NCBI GenBank assembly: GCA_028282585.1
Contig: JANQHR010000021.1
Span: 1 to 64,000 of the forward strand
Reading direction: 5' to 3'
DNA length: 64,000 nt
From: Bacteroidales bacterium
GTDB taxonomy: Bacteria > Bacteroidota > Bacteroidia > Bacteroidales > UBA12077
Shown: piece by piece, positions 1 to 10,186 of the stretch
How the letters are laid out: each line of letters starts with the position of its first letter
Position numbering within the stretch: position 1 is the stretch's first letter
Notes under the pieces: model-generated
The model's database searches: none
Told to the model about the DNA's origin: nothing
The model's input: the letters and a program-made list of their open reading frames with translations, nothing else
Made by a program: the position numbers and the translations under genes

Positions 1-420
1 CTATATATTATATATATTATTTATTTATAAATCTATTATATTAATAATGATATCCTGTTAATAATGTTACAAACTTCTGGTTATTTTTCTTGTTTATTAC
101 ATTTTCAAAACAATTTTAAAAGTGTATTAACAGTTATAACTTATCTTATGTTATTGAAAAATAAATAAATCCTAACTTTTTTAACAGGTTGTTAATAGCG
201 TTTTATATTAATAAGTTCTTTGTTAAAGTTTACACAATCTATGTTAAAAGTTTGTTCAATTTTAAGGAATCAAAACTAAAAAAATAATTTTGATATCAAT
301 TGAAAATTTTTATATAGTGTGGAGTAAGTTTCAAAACAAGCTAATATTATAATTTTTTATCGACTTTAATTAACATTGAATTAACAATAGAACATCAAAT
401 AATTAACACTGTATTAAATT
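1..420. other. Candidate replication origin (oriC): AT-rich tract plus degenerate DnaA-box-like array
   Basis: No ORF in the track; nearly pure A/T at 1-50; TGTTAATAA-like 9-mers on both strands at 56, 124, 178, 190, 221, 242, 367, 378, 400; TGTGGAGTA at 318; perfect parS ~5 kb away. Confidence 0.5.
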
Positions 421-554
421 ATCGTCATCTAATGCTCATTATTAGTTCTTAATATTTTATTAAAATCAACTAAAATTTAATTACAATTAAATTATTAAAT
501 ATTACATAAAACCAGCCAATTATGCATCCAAATAAAATATATGAATAAATTGGC

Positions 555-562
555 TAATTTTG
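555..562 (+). promoter_or_regulatory. Bacteroidota -7 promoter element for rpiB-rrf2
   Basis: TAATTTTG matches TAnnTTTG, 26 nt before the ATG; abuts an imperfect inverted repeat at 514-555. Confidence 0.5.
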
Positions 563-588
563 AGTTGTAAAATATTTAAAATTTAAAT

Positions 589-1029
589 ATGGAAAAAGTA
601 TCAATAGGAATTGCAGCAGATCATGCAGGATTTAATTTTAAAGAAAAATTGAAAGAAGAATTAATAAATCAAGGATATGAAATTAAAGATTATGGAACAT
701 ATTCTATAGAAAGTACAGATTATCCTGATTATGCGCATCCATTAGCAGAAGCTGTTGATAATAAAGAACACAAATTTGGAATTACGTTATGTGGTAGTGG
801 AAATGGAATTAACATGACAGCAAATAAATATCAAGGTATTAGAGCTGCATTATGCTGGAATACTGAAATATCAGAATTAGCCAGGTTACATAATGATGCT
901 AATATATGTTCATTACCAGCAAGATTCATTGATTTTAATTTAGCAAAAGAGATTGTAAATACATTTTTAAATACTAAATTTGAAGGAGGAAGACATTTAA
1001 GACGTATAGAAAAAATACCTATTCATTAA
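589..1029 (+). CDS. rpiB: Ribose-5-phosphate isomerase B
   Basis: ADHAG, DYPD, CGSGNG, ARLHNDAN, FEGGRH motifs. Confidence 0.97.
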   Translation: MEKVSIGIAADHAGFNFKEKLKEELINQGYEIKDYGTYSIESTDYPDYAHPLAEAVDNKEHKFGITLCGSGNGINMTANKYQGIRAALCWNTEISELARLHNDANICSLPARFIDFNLAKEIVNTFLNTKFEGGRHLRRIEKIPIH

Positions 1030-1040
1030 AATATATTGTT

Positions 1041-1484
1041 ATGTTATCAAGTACCTGTAAGTATGCTATTCGTGGCATTATTTATATTGCATTGGATAGT
1101 GAAAATAATAGAAAGATTGGTATTAAAGAAATATCAGAAGCTCTAGACATACCAACACCTTTTTTGGGAAAAATACTTCAAATTCTAGCAAAAAATAAAT
1201 TATTAAATTCTACAAAAGGACCAAATGGAGGATTTTCTTTGGCTAAACCGGCAAAAGAAATAAATTTACTGCAGATAATTCAAATTATTGATGGTTTAGA
1301 TTTATTTAATGAATGTTTAATTGGTTTAAGTTCTTGCTCTGCGAATAAGCATAACAATGTTCAATGTCCTATTCACAAAAAATATTTACCAATAAGTAAG
1401 CAACTATATACGATGTTTGAAAACGAAAATATTGAAGATCTGGGAAATCAAATTAAAGCTTCTGGCGGTAAAATATCATTATAA
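1041..1484 (+). CDS. Rrf2 family transcriptional regulator
   Basis: wHTH with FLGKILQIL and S.KGPNGGF.L; C-terminal C-x6-C-x9-CPIH. Confidence 0.92.
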   Translation: MLSSTCKYAIRGIIYIALDSENNRKIGIKEISEALDIPTPFLGKILQILAKNKLLNSTKGPNGGFSLAKPAKEINLLQIIQIIDGLDLFNECLIGLSSCSANKHNNVQCPIHKKYLPISKQLYTMFENENIEDLGNQIKASGGKISL

Positions 1485-1871
1485 ATACTTAATTAAGTTG
1501 AGTTTATTAAAAATAGGAAAAATAAATATTCCAAAAAAACTTCCAAAAATATTTGCTACTGCATCTGTTACTTCTGCAGATCTGTCATTAGTAAAATAAA
1601 ACTGAAATACTTCCATCATTAACCCATATGATATAACTAAAGTAAGTGTAATAATAATTCGTTCTATTCTTTTAAATTGACTATTCTTTCTTAATGCAAT
1701 AAAAAATAATAAGCTTAATGCGGCATACATTAAAAAATGCATTAACTTATCTATATTTTCAAATGTTAAAAGGTTGACTTTGTTTAAATTACTACTTGAG
1801 GTTAAACTACCATAACAAATAATTAAAGCAATTATAATTGGTTTCCAGTACTTTATAATTTTATTTAACAT
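1479..1871 (-). CDS. VanZ family membrane protein
   Basis: DKLMHFLMY, E..Q....R, DAVANIFG; four hydrophobic segments. Confidence 0.88.
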   Translation of the reverse strand: MLNKIIKYWKPIIIALIICYGSLTSSSNLNKVNLLTFENIDKLMHFLMYAALSLLFFIALRKNSQFKRIERIIITLTLVISYGLMMEVFQFYFTNDRSAEVTDAVANIFGSFFGIFIFPIFNKLNLIKYL

Positions 1872-1961
1872 ATTTTTATCTAGATCAATTTAAAGTTAAT
1901 TTAAAATTACTTCCTTGTTAATTATTTTTTTCATAACTTTTGAATCAGTAAAATTTTGGTT

Positions 1962-4900
1962 ATGAAAACTTCAGAGGCAAAGATTAAAAAAATACTTGAC
2001 CAATTAAAAAACGAAAATATAAAAACATGGTTCGATTTAGGATTATTTTTGGATCGTGTGAAAGAAAATAGAAAAGTACCACAAAAAAGATTTCTAGGAT
2101 CATATGATGATTTCAAAAGCTACATTTGTAAAAGTGATTTTGCCTTTTTAACCTATCAGTATTCAATTGATGGTGTAAGTATTGAGGTTGAAAAATATAC
2201 CAAGATATTTCAGAATAAATTTAAGGGATCAAATATTCATTATATAGCTGGAAAGTTTTATCCGGAAGCAAAAAAAATAGTGCCTAATTATGTAAAGAAA
2301 TTCGAATTGCCTCAAATCCAAGCGTTCGATGATTGGGAATTATATAAAGATTTTTATTTTACCAAATTAAAAAGAGGAAGTAAAGAATATAATGATTTAA
2401 TTGGTAAGTTTTGGAATCAAACGTTGGAAATAGTTGATAAACTGGGTAAGTATATTATAGAAAAGAGTATACGAATGCTTTATTTAATTAATGTATGTTC
2501 GAATCCAGGAAACGTTTCATTAAGTTTAGCTGTTGTATTGCTATCAGAATATTTAGGTATTCCTGTTATAAACAACAATCACGATTTTTATTGGGAAGGC
2601 GGTAGTAGAGAAATTGACAAAAGAAAAAAAGATTTAGCAGATGGACCAAGAGATTTCTTTTTTACAAACTCACATGTGGGAGAGTTCTTTTCTATAATTG
2701 AAATATTATTTCCTTGGGAATCAAGAATATGGATTAATGTAAATATCAATCAACAACAAAATGATCATCTAATAAAAGTTAATGGGCATAATCCTGCCAG
2801 GGTTATGGAAATTGGAACAGCTGTGGATACATCTGTTTTTAGAGACATTTCAAAAAGAAAAAAAATAAATACTTTCTATCAATTTGAAAAAATTTTAAGT
2901 AGATATTCTGATACACTGATCAGTTATTCAACCAAGGACGTAATTGAATCAGATTTAGTTTCTTCGGAAAATCCAAGACCAATATTAATTGGTGCCCGAA
3001 AAACAAAGCCATTAGAAAAATTCCTTAATGAAAATATTGTTTTTCTTCAACCAACAAGAATAATTTCAAGAAAAAGAATAGAAATTGGTTTTGAATTAAT
3101 AGAAAATTTATTTCAGGAAGATGAATTTTTTAAGCGATTTAAAGAAACGAAACATTTAAAACTTACCATTATAATTACCGGACCAATTGCAACAGGTCAT
3201 TATGAATATTTTAAAAGATTATTAAGAAAATACGATGAGTTATTGGATTCACTGGATGAAGAAATAAGAAATAAGATTTATTTAGCATTTCTGTTTAGTG
3301 AACTAGATAAACGAAAATTCAAAGAGCAATTCGAAAATCCAGTAGGAATACCTGAGCTATATAATATTGCATCATTAATATTGTTACCGAGTAAAACGGA
3401 AGGAAGAGGGCTTCCAATTATAGAAGCTACAGCTTGTGGAACTCCAATTTTTTGTAGTAGATACTATCCTGAAAACGTATATTCTGAGGTAATTGGTGAG
3501 CATTTACCTCATTCGGAAAGATTAAAGGTTATTGAATTTGATGGAAAAAATATAACCAAAAAACATGTACGAAAAATAGTTGAAAGAGTATTTTTTCCAC
3601 ATAGATTTTCAGGTGAGATATTTCAAAATCATCAGGTAGTTGATAAACGTTATAGTTTGGACGCTTTGCGTAACAATATCGATGCGATTTGTTATAGTAT
3701 GTTTCGGCAATTAAGATCAAATAAGAAATCACTAAATCTTGTAAAAAAGGCTATAAACGAATACAAAAACCTGTGTAACTATTCTAATAAAAACCTTAAA
3801 TCCATAATAAATACAGATAACCGGGAATATTTACCTGGATACGGGCGAATGAGATTTATGATAATGTTAAAATCTTTGATTGATCCTAGTTATTTCAGAG
3901 TAGAAGAACAGTTATTTCGTGGAATTGGATTTAACTATGCCAAAGAATTAGTTGAAAACAGAGTTGGTGACTTTAATGAGAAGCAAAAAATACATTTTTA
4001 TAATGCTGTAGAAGCAATATTTCTTTACAAAAATGGTGAAATAAATATTCGGCATGATCACTCATTACCTTATAGGCACAGAAATAAAAACAATTACCCT
4101 TATCAAGATTTTACTATTCAGGAACTAAGTGGATTAATAAACTTTATATACCATTTAATTTTTGAATCAAAGCAAAGAATTAAAATAAGAAAAAATGCAC
4201 ATTTCTTTACTGATATCGATTTAGCATTATCTCAATTAACTTCTAGTAAATATTTGGCAATTGATGATAGAAAAATTTTAATAAAAAAATTACAGTCAAA
4301 TGTTCCAATTGCATACTTTCCCGGAAAATATATCAAAAATGAATTGGAGTTTTTCGCTTTACAATCAGTACGCTCGCGATTAGAATTAGGAATTGAACAA
4401 GAATTGACTGAAAAGATAATTCAAGAAAATGGAAACTATATATCGCCAATTTTTATAATGGCCAGTAATGTAACTACTATAGAAAACTATAATAGTCAAA
4501 GTATTCGAGATTTTATTCTGGAAGGTAGAGACGAAGAATTATTACTATTGTATAAATATAAAATATTACAGGTTATCGATACAAAACAACTAAGTGTCGG
4601 AGTTCATTTTAATCAATTAGGTGATAAAGCTCTTTCAATTTTAAAAGAAATTAAAAAAGAAAATGGTTTTATAATATCTAATCGCCAGGATTCAGCTGTT
4701 ATGACTGATGTTGTTAATATAGATAGGTTTCATATTGGTAGAGTAGAGGATATGTGGACTGAGTCAATATTGGGGATTCCTATGGATAGTGGATTTATAC
4801 AGTTTGTTCCTGCTGGAATCAGAGCAACATTATCTTATCCTACACCTATACAAACTGCAAAAGAATTTAATGAATATTTAAAAGGTAAAGAATTCGAGTA

Positions 4901-6128
4901 TGCGGTTGAAAAATATGGAGAGAAAGAAATCTATGAACAATTAAGGAAAGATGCTGAAACGAAAATGTCTCCGATTAAAAAGGTTATTGAGGATTTATTA
5001 AATAAGGATAAGGAGCAAGATATTGTAAGCTACGAATTTGTTAGTGGAGTTTATAAAGATGGTATGCCTTGGAATGGTGTAATTGCAAAAGCACATTTAA
5101 GTAAAAATGGAAATTGGAAGTTTATTGCTAAATCAAGTGAAAAGACCAAAAAAGTAACAGAATTTGTAAACGAGTTGGAAAAAGAGGAGAGTAGGTTAGC
5201 GAAAATAGCATGGAATGGAGGTTATATTCTTAACGCAGAGTTGGTTGGAAAGTTGGGATTGCCGGAATCTTACATAGGATCACCGTTAGGATTGTTAATA
5301 TCCAATCGAAAATTATTAAGCGCACCTCTTTTTAACAAACCGGCTTTAATATTTCAAAATGGTAGTGTTAATATCTTAAGGGTAAATTGTTCAAAAGGTG
5401 TTATTGTTTCACGTGGAACAGATAGCATCGAACTTTCAGCAGATCAATACAATGTAAAACCAGAAAAAAACATACCTGTATTTTACGATTTGATGTTTGA
5501 TAAAGATGAAATTGAGATAGAAAATAGTGTTATTGTTAGATTAGCAGGAAATATAATTAAAGATGTTGTATATATTAATGATAAACAGAAGGTTAGTATT
5601 ATACCGGTCGGTTTAACTTTTGTTTTTCCAAAAGAACAATTCCCAAATACCTGGAAAGTTGATGACGAGTTAAATATTATAATTAATGGTTTAGAAAACA
5701 TTGATTATGCAGTAGAAGCAGGACCTATGTTGATTAAAAATGGTGAGCTTGTCTTAAATATGGAATTAGAAGGTTGGAAAACAAGAAACTCTATAAAAAC
5801 GCAAGCCGCGCGATTGGATTATACTGATATGCGAGGACCAAAAATCGCTGTAGGTATTAATAAGGAAGGCGATCTGATAGTACTTACAATAAATGGTCGA
5901 ATAAGAGAATCAGTAGGCGCTACTCATTATGATATGGCGGATATACTAAAAAGGTTCGATATCCAAACTGCAATGGGTTTTGACCCGGGAGGCAGCAGCA
6001 CTCTAGTAGTTAATGGACAAACATTAAATATTTCTCCTTACAATAGTCAATACGAAGAAAATGTTTATGCACTTCCACCTGAACCAAGAGCGGTTTCTAA
6101 CGTAATAATGGGGTACATTAATTCATAA
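1962..6128 (+). CDS. Multidomain protein: MggS-like GT4 glycosyltransferase + unknown middle region + NAGPA-type phosphodiester glycosidase
   Basis: DGVSIEVEK, HDFYWE, LQPTRIISRKRIE, EGRGLPIIEA (GT4); WNGGY, EAGPML, NGR..SVGAT, FDPGGSS, RAVSN (NAGPA). ATG at 1962 preferred over TTG at 1956. Confidence 0.85.
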   Translation: MKTSEAKIKKILDQLKNENIKTWFDLGLFLDRVKENRKVPQKRFLGSYDDFKSYICKSDFAFLTYQYSIDGVSIEVEKYTKIFQNKFKGSNIHYIAGKFYPEAKKIVPNYVKKFELPQIQAFDDWELYKDFYFTKLKRGSKEYNDLIGKFWNQTLEIVDKLGKYIIEKSIRMLYLINVCSNPGNVSLSLAVVLLSEYLGIPVINNNHDFYWEGGSREIDKRKKDLADGPRDFFFTNSHVGEFFSIIEILFPWESRIWINVNINQQQNDHLIKVNGHNPARVMEIGTAVDTSVFRDISKRKKINTFYQFEKILSRYSDTLISYSTKDVIESDLVSSENPRPILIGARKTKPLEKFLNENIVFLQPTRIISRKRIEIGFELIENLFQEDEFFKRFKETKHLKLTIIITGPIATGHYEYFKRLLRKYDELLDSLDEEIRNKIYLAFLFSELDKRKFKEQFENPVGIPELYNIASLILLPSKTEGRGLPIIEATACGTPIFCSRYYPENVYSEVIGEHLPHSERLKVIEFDGKNITKKHVRKIVERVFFPHRFSGEIFQNHQVVDKRYSLDALRNNIDAICYSMFRQLRSNKKSLNLVKKAINEYKNLCNYSNKNLKSIINTDNREYLPGYGRMRFMIMLKSLIDPSYFRVEEQLFRGIGFNYAKELVENRVGDFNEKQKIHFYNAVEAIFLYKNGEINIRHDHSLPYRHRNKNNYPYQDFTIQELSGLINFIYHLIFESKQRIKIRKNAHFFTDIDLALSQLTSSKYLAIDDRKILIKKLQSNVPIAYFPGKYIKNELEFFALQSVRSRLELGIEQELTEKIIQENGNYISPIFIMASNVTTIENYNSQSIRDFILEGRDEELLLLYKYKILQVIDTKQLSVGVHFNQLGDKALSILKEIKKENGFIISNRQDSAVMTDVVNIDRFHIGRVEDMWTESILGIPMDSGFIQFVPAGIRATLSYPTPIQTAKEFNEYLKGKEFEYAVEKYGEKEIYEQLRKDAETKMSPIKKVIEDLLNKDKEQDIVSYEFVSGVYKDGMPWNGVIAKAHLSKNGNWKFIAKSSEKTKKVTEFVNELEKEESRLAKIAWNGGYILNAELVGKLGLPESYIGSPLGLLISNRKLLSAPLFNKPALIFQNGSVNILRVNCSKGVIVSRGTDSIELSADQYNVKPEKNIPVFYDLMFDKDEIEIENSVIVRLAGNIIKDVVYINDKQKVSIIPVGLTFVFPKEQFPNTWKVDDELNIIINGLENIDYAVEAGPMLIKNGELVLNMELEGWKTRNSIKTQAARLDYTDMRGPKIAVGINKEGDLIVLTINGRIRESVGATHYDMADILKRFDIQTAMGFDPGGSSTLVVNGQTLNISPYNSQYEENVYALPPEPRAVSNVIMGYINS
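5405..5420. promoter_or_regulatory. parS site (ParB-binding centromere)
   Basis: TGTTTCACGTGGAACA, the exact reverse complement of canonical TGTTCCACGTGAAACA. Confidence 0.8.
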
Positions 6129-6132
6129 GAAA

Positions 6133-7260
6133 TTGGCAGGAATTTATTTACATATACCTTTTTGTAAAGGTAAATGCGCATATTGTGATTTTTATTCGGT
6201 AGGAAATATCAAACTTAAGAAAGATTTTGTCAAAACTATCTGCAAAGAAATTGAATTGCAAAAAGAATATTTAAGGAGTGAACCTATCCAAACGATTTAT
6301 TTTGGAGGAGGCACACCATCTTTACTTTCAGTGCAAGAACTCGAAGAAATTATTAATCGAATAATTAAATATTTTAATGTTGAAAAAAACAATGAAATTA
6401 CTGTAGAAGCAAATCCGGATGATTTAACAAAAGAATACTTAAACGGAATTAAAGAAGTTGGAGTTAATAGGCTAAGTATTGGTATACAGTCATTTAATAA
6501 TAATGATTTATTAAGAATGAAAAGAAAGCATTCTGTACGTCAAGCAATAAGATCAGTAAGATATGCACAGGAGCAAGGATTTAAAAATATAAGTATTGAT
6601 TTAATTTATGGTTTACCGGATTTAAGTTTACAAAAATGGGAAGAAAATATTGAGCAAGCATTAAATTTGAATGTACAACATATTTCAGCCTATCATTTAA
6701 CCATTGAACCAAAAACCCTATTTTATAAATATTATCGAAATAATAGTTTTGTTCCGCCTTCTGAAGATGAAAGCTTAGATCAGCTCAAAAAACTAATTGA
6801 AAAAACCGAACAAAAGGGTTTTTTGCATTATGAAATTTCCAATTTTGCTAAAGATGGATTTCTTTCATTGCACAATACTAATTACTGGATGGGCGTAAAA
6901 TATTTAGGATTAGGACCTTCTGCACATTCATATAATTTAACTTCACGACAGTGGAATATTCAAAATCTTCGTGGCTATATAGATGAGATATTCAAAGGAA
7001 AAATACCATTCGAAGAAGAAAACTTATCTCCGAATGAAAAATTTAACGATTATTTGATAACGTCATTAAGAACGATGTGGGGAATAAATACTAAAAAAAT
7101 TGAACACGAACATGGAATAAATTTTAAAACACACTTCGAAGAAAAATCGGATAACTTTTTAAAAGCAAATTTTTTGTCAAAATCCGGGAATAATTATAAA
7201 TTGACAAAAAAGGGGATGTTTATTTCTGATCATATCATTTTATCATTTCTTAACGATTAA
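6133..7260 (+). CDS. hemW: Radical SAM heme chaperone HemW
   Basis: YLHIPFC-x3-C-x2-CDF, GGGTPS, YEISNFA, HN..YW; TTG start. Confidence 0.93.
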   Translation: MAGIYLHIPFCKGKCAYCDFYSVGNIKLKKDFVKTICKEIELQKEYLRSEPIQTIYFGGGTPSLLSVQELEEIINRIIKYFNVEKNNEITVEANPDDLTKEYLNGIKEVGVNRLSIGIQSFNNNDLLRMKRKHSVRQAIRSVRYAQEQGFKNISIDLIYGLPDLSLQKWEENIEQALNLNVQHISAYHLTIEPKTLFYKYYRNNSFVPPSEDESLDQLKKLIEKTEQKGFLHYEISNFAKDGFLSLHNTNYWMGVKYLGLGPSAHSYNLTSRQWNIQNLRGYIDEIFKGKIPFEEENLSPNEKFNDYLITSLRTMWGINTKKIEHEHGINFKTHFEEKSDNFLKANFLSKSGNNYKLTKKGMFISDHIILSFLND

Positions 7261-7262
7261 TT

Positions 7263-10181
7263 ATGAAATCAAAACTGGAACTATCGGAGCGGGAAGAGCA
7301 GTTAAGTATGGCACTTGTGGGTGCCAATTTGGGTATGTGGGATTGGAACATGGAAAATAATTCAATAAAAATAAATGAGTTATGGGCAAAAATGCTTGGT
7401 TATAATATAACTGAACTAGGTGGATATACTATTACGTTTGAAGCCTGGAAAAAAATGGTGCATCCAGAGGATTTTAATAAAACTATAGAGCTTTTTAACA
7501 AACATATATCAGAAAAGACAGAGATCTATGAGGCAGAGTTTCGAATGAAACATAAAAATGGTCATTGGATTTGGATTTTAGCACGTGGAAAAGTTATGAA
7601 GTGGGAATTAGGGGAACCGAAAAGAGCTTTGGGTACACACTTAGATATAACCAAAACAAAGTTAGCTGAAATTCAACTTAGGGAAAGCGAAGAAAAAGCA
7701 AGGCTTTTATTTGAAAAATCTAATGATCCAATATTATTGATTGACGGATTTAATTTTATCGAATGCAATGATGCAGCAATTAATTTATTGAAGTTTAATT
7801 CAAGAGAAGAAATATTTAAAACTCATCCTTCGGAACTTTCTCCTAAGTATCAACCAGATGGCAAACCATCATTTGATAAAGCTCAGGAAATGATGGATAT
7901 TGCTTACAAAAAAGGATATCACCGTTTTGAGTGGGTACACTTAAATAGAGAAGGAAAAAAAATGCTAATGGATGTTGCACTTACAAAAGTACCATATCAA
8001 GGAAAGAATATGATTTTTACTGTATGGCGTGACATAACAAAACAAAAGGAATATGAAAGTTCACTAATTGAAAGTGAAAAACGTTATAGTACATTATTTG
8101 AGCAAGCAGCAGACGGTATTTTGGTGAGCATAAAAGATGGTGAAATTATTGGGGTAAATCAAAGCATTTGTCGACTTTCAGGATACGAAAGAAAAGAATT
8201 AATAGGAAAAAACATATCTATTTTATTCGATGTTAAGGAATTAAATAATAACCCATTAAGATATGATCTGGTAAAAAAAGGAGATACGGTTGTAAGAGAA
8301 AGAGAACTAATTCGAAAAGATGGAAAGAAAGTTTTTACTGAAATGAATACAAAAATTCTTGAAGATGGTAGAGTACAGACTCTATTCAGAGATATGTCGG
8401 AAAGAATACAAGCGGAAAATATACTTCGCGAAAATGAAGAAAAGTATCGATTACTTTTTGAGAATGCAAATGATGCTATTTTTTTGATGAACAATGAAAT
8501 ATTTATTGATTGTAATCAGAAAACATTGGAAATGTTTGGTTGTAAAAAGGAAGATATAATTGGACAACCTCCTTACAAATTTAGTCCAAAAATTCAACCA
8601 AATGGAGAAAAATCAAAGGAGAAAGCCTTACAGAAAATCAAACAAGCCTTAAATGGTGAAGGAAGAACTTTTGAATGGGTGCATAAAAAACTTGATGGAA
8701 CAGAATTCTATGCAGAAGTGAACTTAAATATTTTTACTTTTCATGAGAAAAGAAGAATTCAGGCTATAGTAAGAGATATAACTGAAAGAAAAGAAGCAGA
8801 AATCGCATTAAAAAATAGTGAAGAAAAGTATCGTATGTTAATTGAAGGACAAAGTGATATGGTTATTAAAATTGACCCAACGGGAAAATTTTTGTTTGTA
8901 AGCCCTTCATATTGTGAGATATTTGGAAAAAAGGAAAATGAACTGCTTGGAAAAAGGTTCTTGCCTTTAGTACATCAAGATGATAAAGAGCATACCAAAA
9001 ATGAGATGAAAAAGCTTTTTAAACCTCCTTATACTTGTTATATAGAACAACGAGCAAAAACAAAAAATGGATGGAAATGGTTGGCTTGGGCGGATAAATC
9101 AATACTGGATGAAAAAGGAAATATTATTGAAATTATTGGTGTTGGAAGAGATATTACGGAAAAGAAAATTGCTGAAAAACTTAGAATAGAAAGCGAGGAA
9201 AAACTTAACAATATTTATCAAAGCAGTTCTGATATAATATTGATAATTAATAAAAGCGGAAAAATGATAAGCACTAATAAAGCAATAGAAAAGCATTTAG
9301 GATATTCAACTAAAGAAATTATAGGAAAATCACCTAAAAAAATTGTTAAAAAATCAAGTTGGAAAACTGTGGATGATAGAATTAATAAAATATTGAATGG
9401 TGAAAAAGTTCTTGCGCATGAAGTTATTATGGTTTCAAAAAAAGGAGAAGAAATACCTTTTGAAGGAAATAGTAAATTAATTAATTACGAAGGTAGGAAG
9501 GCTATTTTATCAATAATCCGAAATATTAAGGAAAGAAAGGAGTTAGAACAACGCATTTTTGACGTAATGATAGAAACAGAAGAGAAAGAAAGGCAAAGAC
9601 TTGCAAGTGATATTCATGATGAGGTTGGTCCATTATTGTCCAGCTTAAAAATGTATATTGAAATGTTAAATCAGAATAATGAAAAGCAAGACTATATTAA
9701 AAGGAAATTAAAAGAGATAGTAAAAGAAACAATTAATAACGTGCGTGAAGTATCAAATGCTTTAAGTCCTAATGTTTTGAATCAGTATGGTTTAGTTTCT
9801 GCAATAAAATCATTTATTTTTAATCAAAAAGAAATTGTTGATATTAATTTTGACAGTAAAATAAACGAAGAAAGGTTTGGAGTGAAAATTGAAACAGTTT
9901 ATTATAGGATTATAAAAGAGCTGATAAACAACACATTAAAGCATGCAAAAGCAAAGAAAATTAACATAAATCTCGAAATCGAAAAAGAAAATTTAATATT
10001 AACATATGAAGATGACGGAATTGGTATTAATTTAAAAACTTTAAAAAAGAACAAAACAAACGGTTTGGGTTTAAGTAATATAGAAAATAGAATAAAAACA
10101 ATTAATGGTAAATTTTCAATAACTTCCGAAAAGAATAAAGGATTTAAATTTGAATTATTAACCGAAGTAAAACATTTATAA
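7263..10181 (+). CDS. Cytoplasmic multi-PAS sensor histidine kinase (HisKA_3 type)
   Basis: About six PAS/PAC repeats ending in DIT/DMS/NIK; ERQRLASDIHDEVG; NNTLKHA, DDGIG, GLGL; no TM helix. Confidence 0.93.
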   Translation: MKSKLELSEREEQLSMALVGANLGMWDWNMENNSIKINELWAKMLGYNITELGGYTITFEAWKKMVHPEDFNKTIELFNKHISEKTEIYEAEFRMKHKNGHWIWILARGKVMKWELGEPKRALGTHLDITKTKLAEIQLRESEEKARLLFEKSNDPILLIDGFNFIECNDAAINLLKFNSREEIFKTHPSELSPKYQPDGKPSFDKAQEMMDIAYKKGYHRFEWVHLNREGKKMLMDVALTKVPYQGKNMIFTVWRDITKQKEYESSLIESEKRYSTLFEQAADGILVSIKDGEIIGVNQSICRLSGYERKELIGKNISILFDVKELNNNPLRYDLVKKGDTVVRERELIRKDGKKVFTEMNTKILEDGRVQTLFRDMSERIQAENILRENEEKYRLLFENANDAIFLMNNEIFIDCNQKTLEMFGCKKEDIIGQPPYKFSPKIQPNGEKSKEKALQKIKQALNGEGRTFEWVHKKLDGTEFYAEVNLNIFTFHEKRRIQAIVRDITERKEAEIALKNSEEKYRMLIEGQSDMVIKIDPTGKFLFVSPSYCEIFGKKENELLGKRFLPLVHQDDKEHTKNEMKKLFKPPYTCYIEQRAKTKNGWKWLAWADKSILDEKGNIIEIIGVGRDITEKKIAEKLRIESEEKLNNIYQSSSDIILIINKSGKMISTNKAIEKHLGYSTKEIIGKSPKKIVKKSSWKTVDDRINKILNGEKVLAHEVIMVSKKGEEIPFEGNSKLINYEGRKAILSIIRNIKERKELEQRIFDVMIETEEKERQRLASDIHDEVGPLLSSLKMYIEMLNQNNEKQDYIKRKLKEIVKETINNVREVSNALSPNVLNQYGLVSAIKSFIFNQKEIVDINFDSKINEERFGVKIETVYYRIIKELINNTLKHAKAKKININLEIEKENLILTYEDDGIGINLKTLKKNKTNGLGLSNIENRIKTINGKFSITSEKNKGFKFELLTEVKHL

Positions 10182-10186
10182 ATAAA

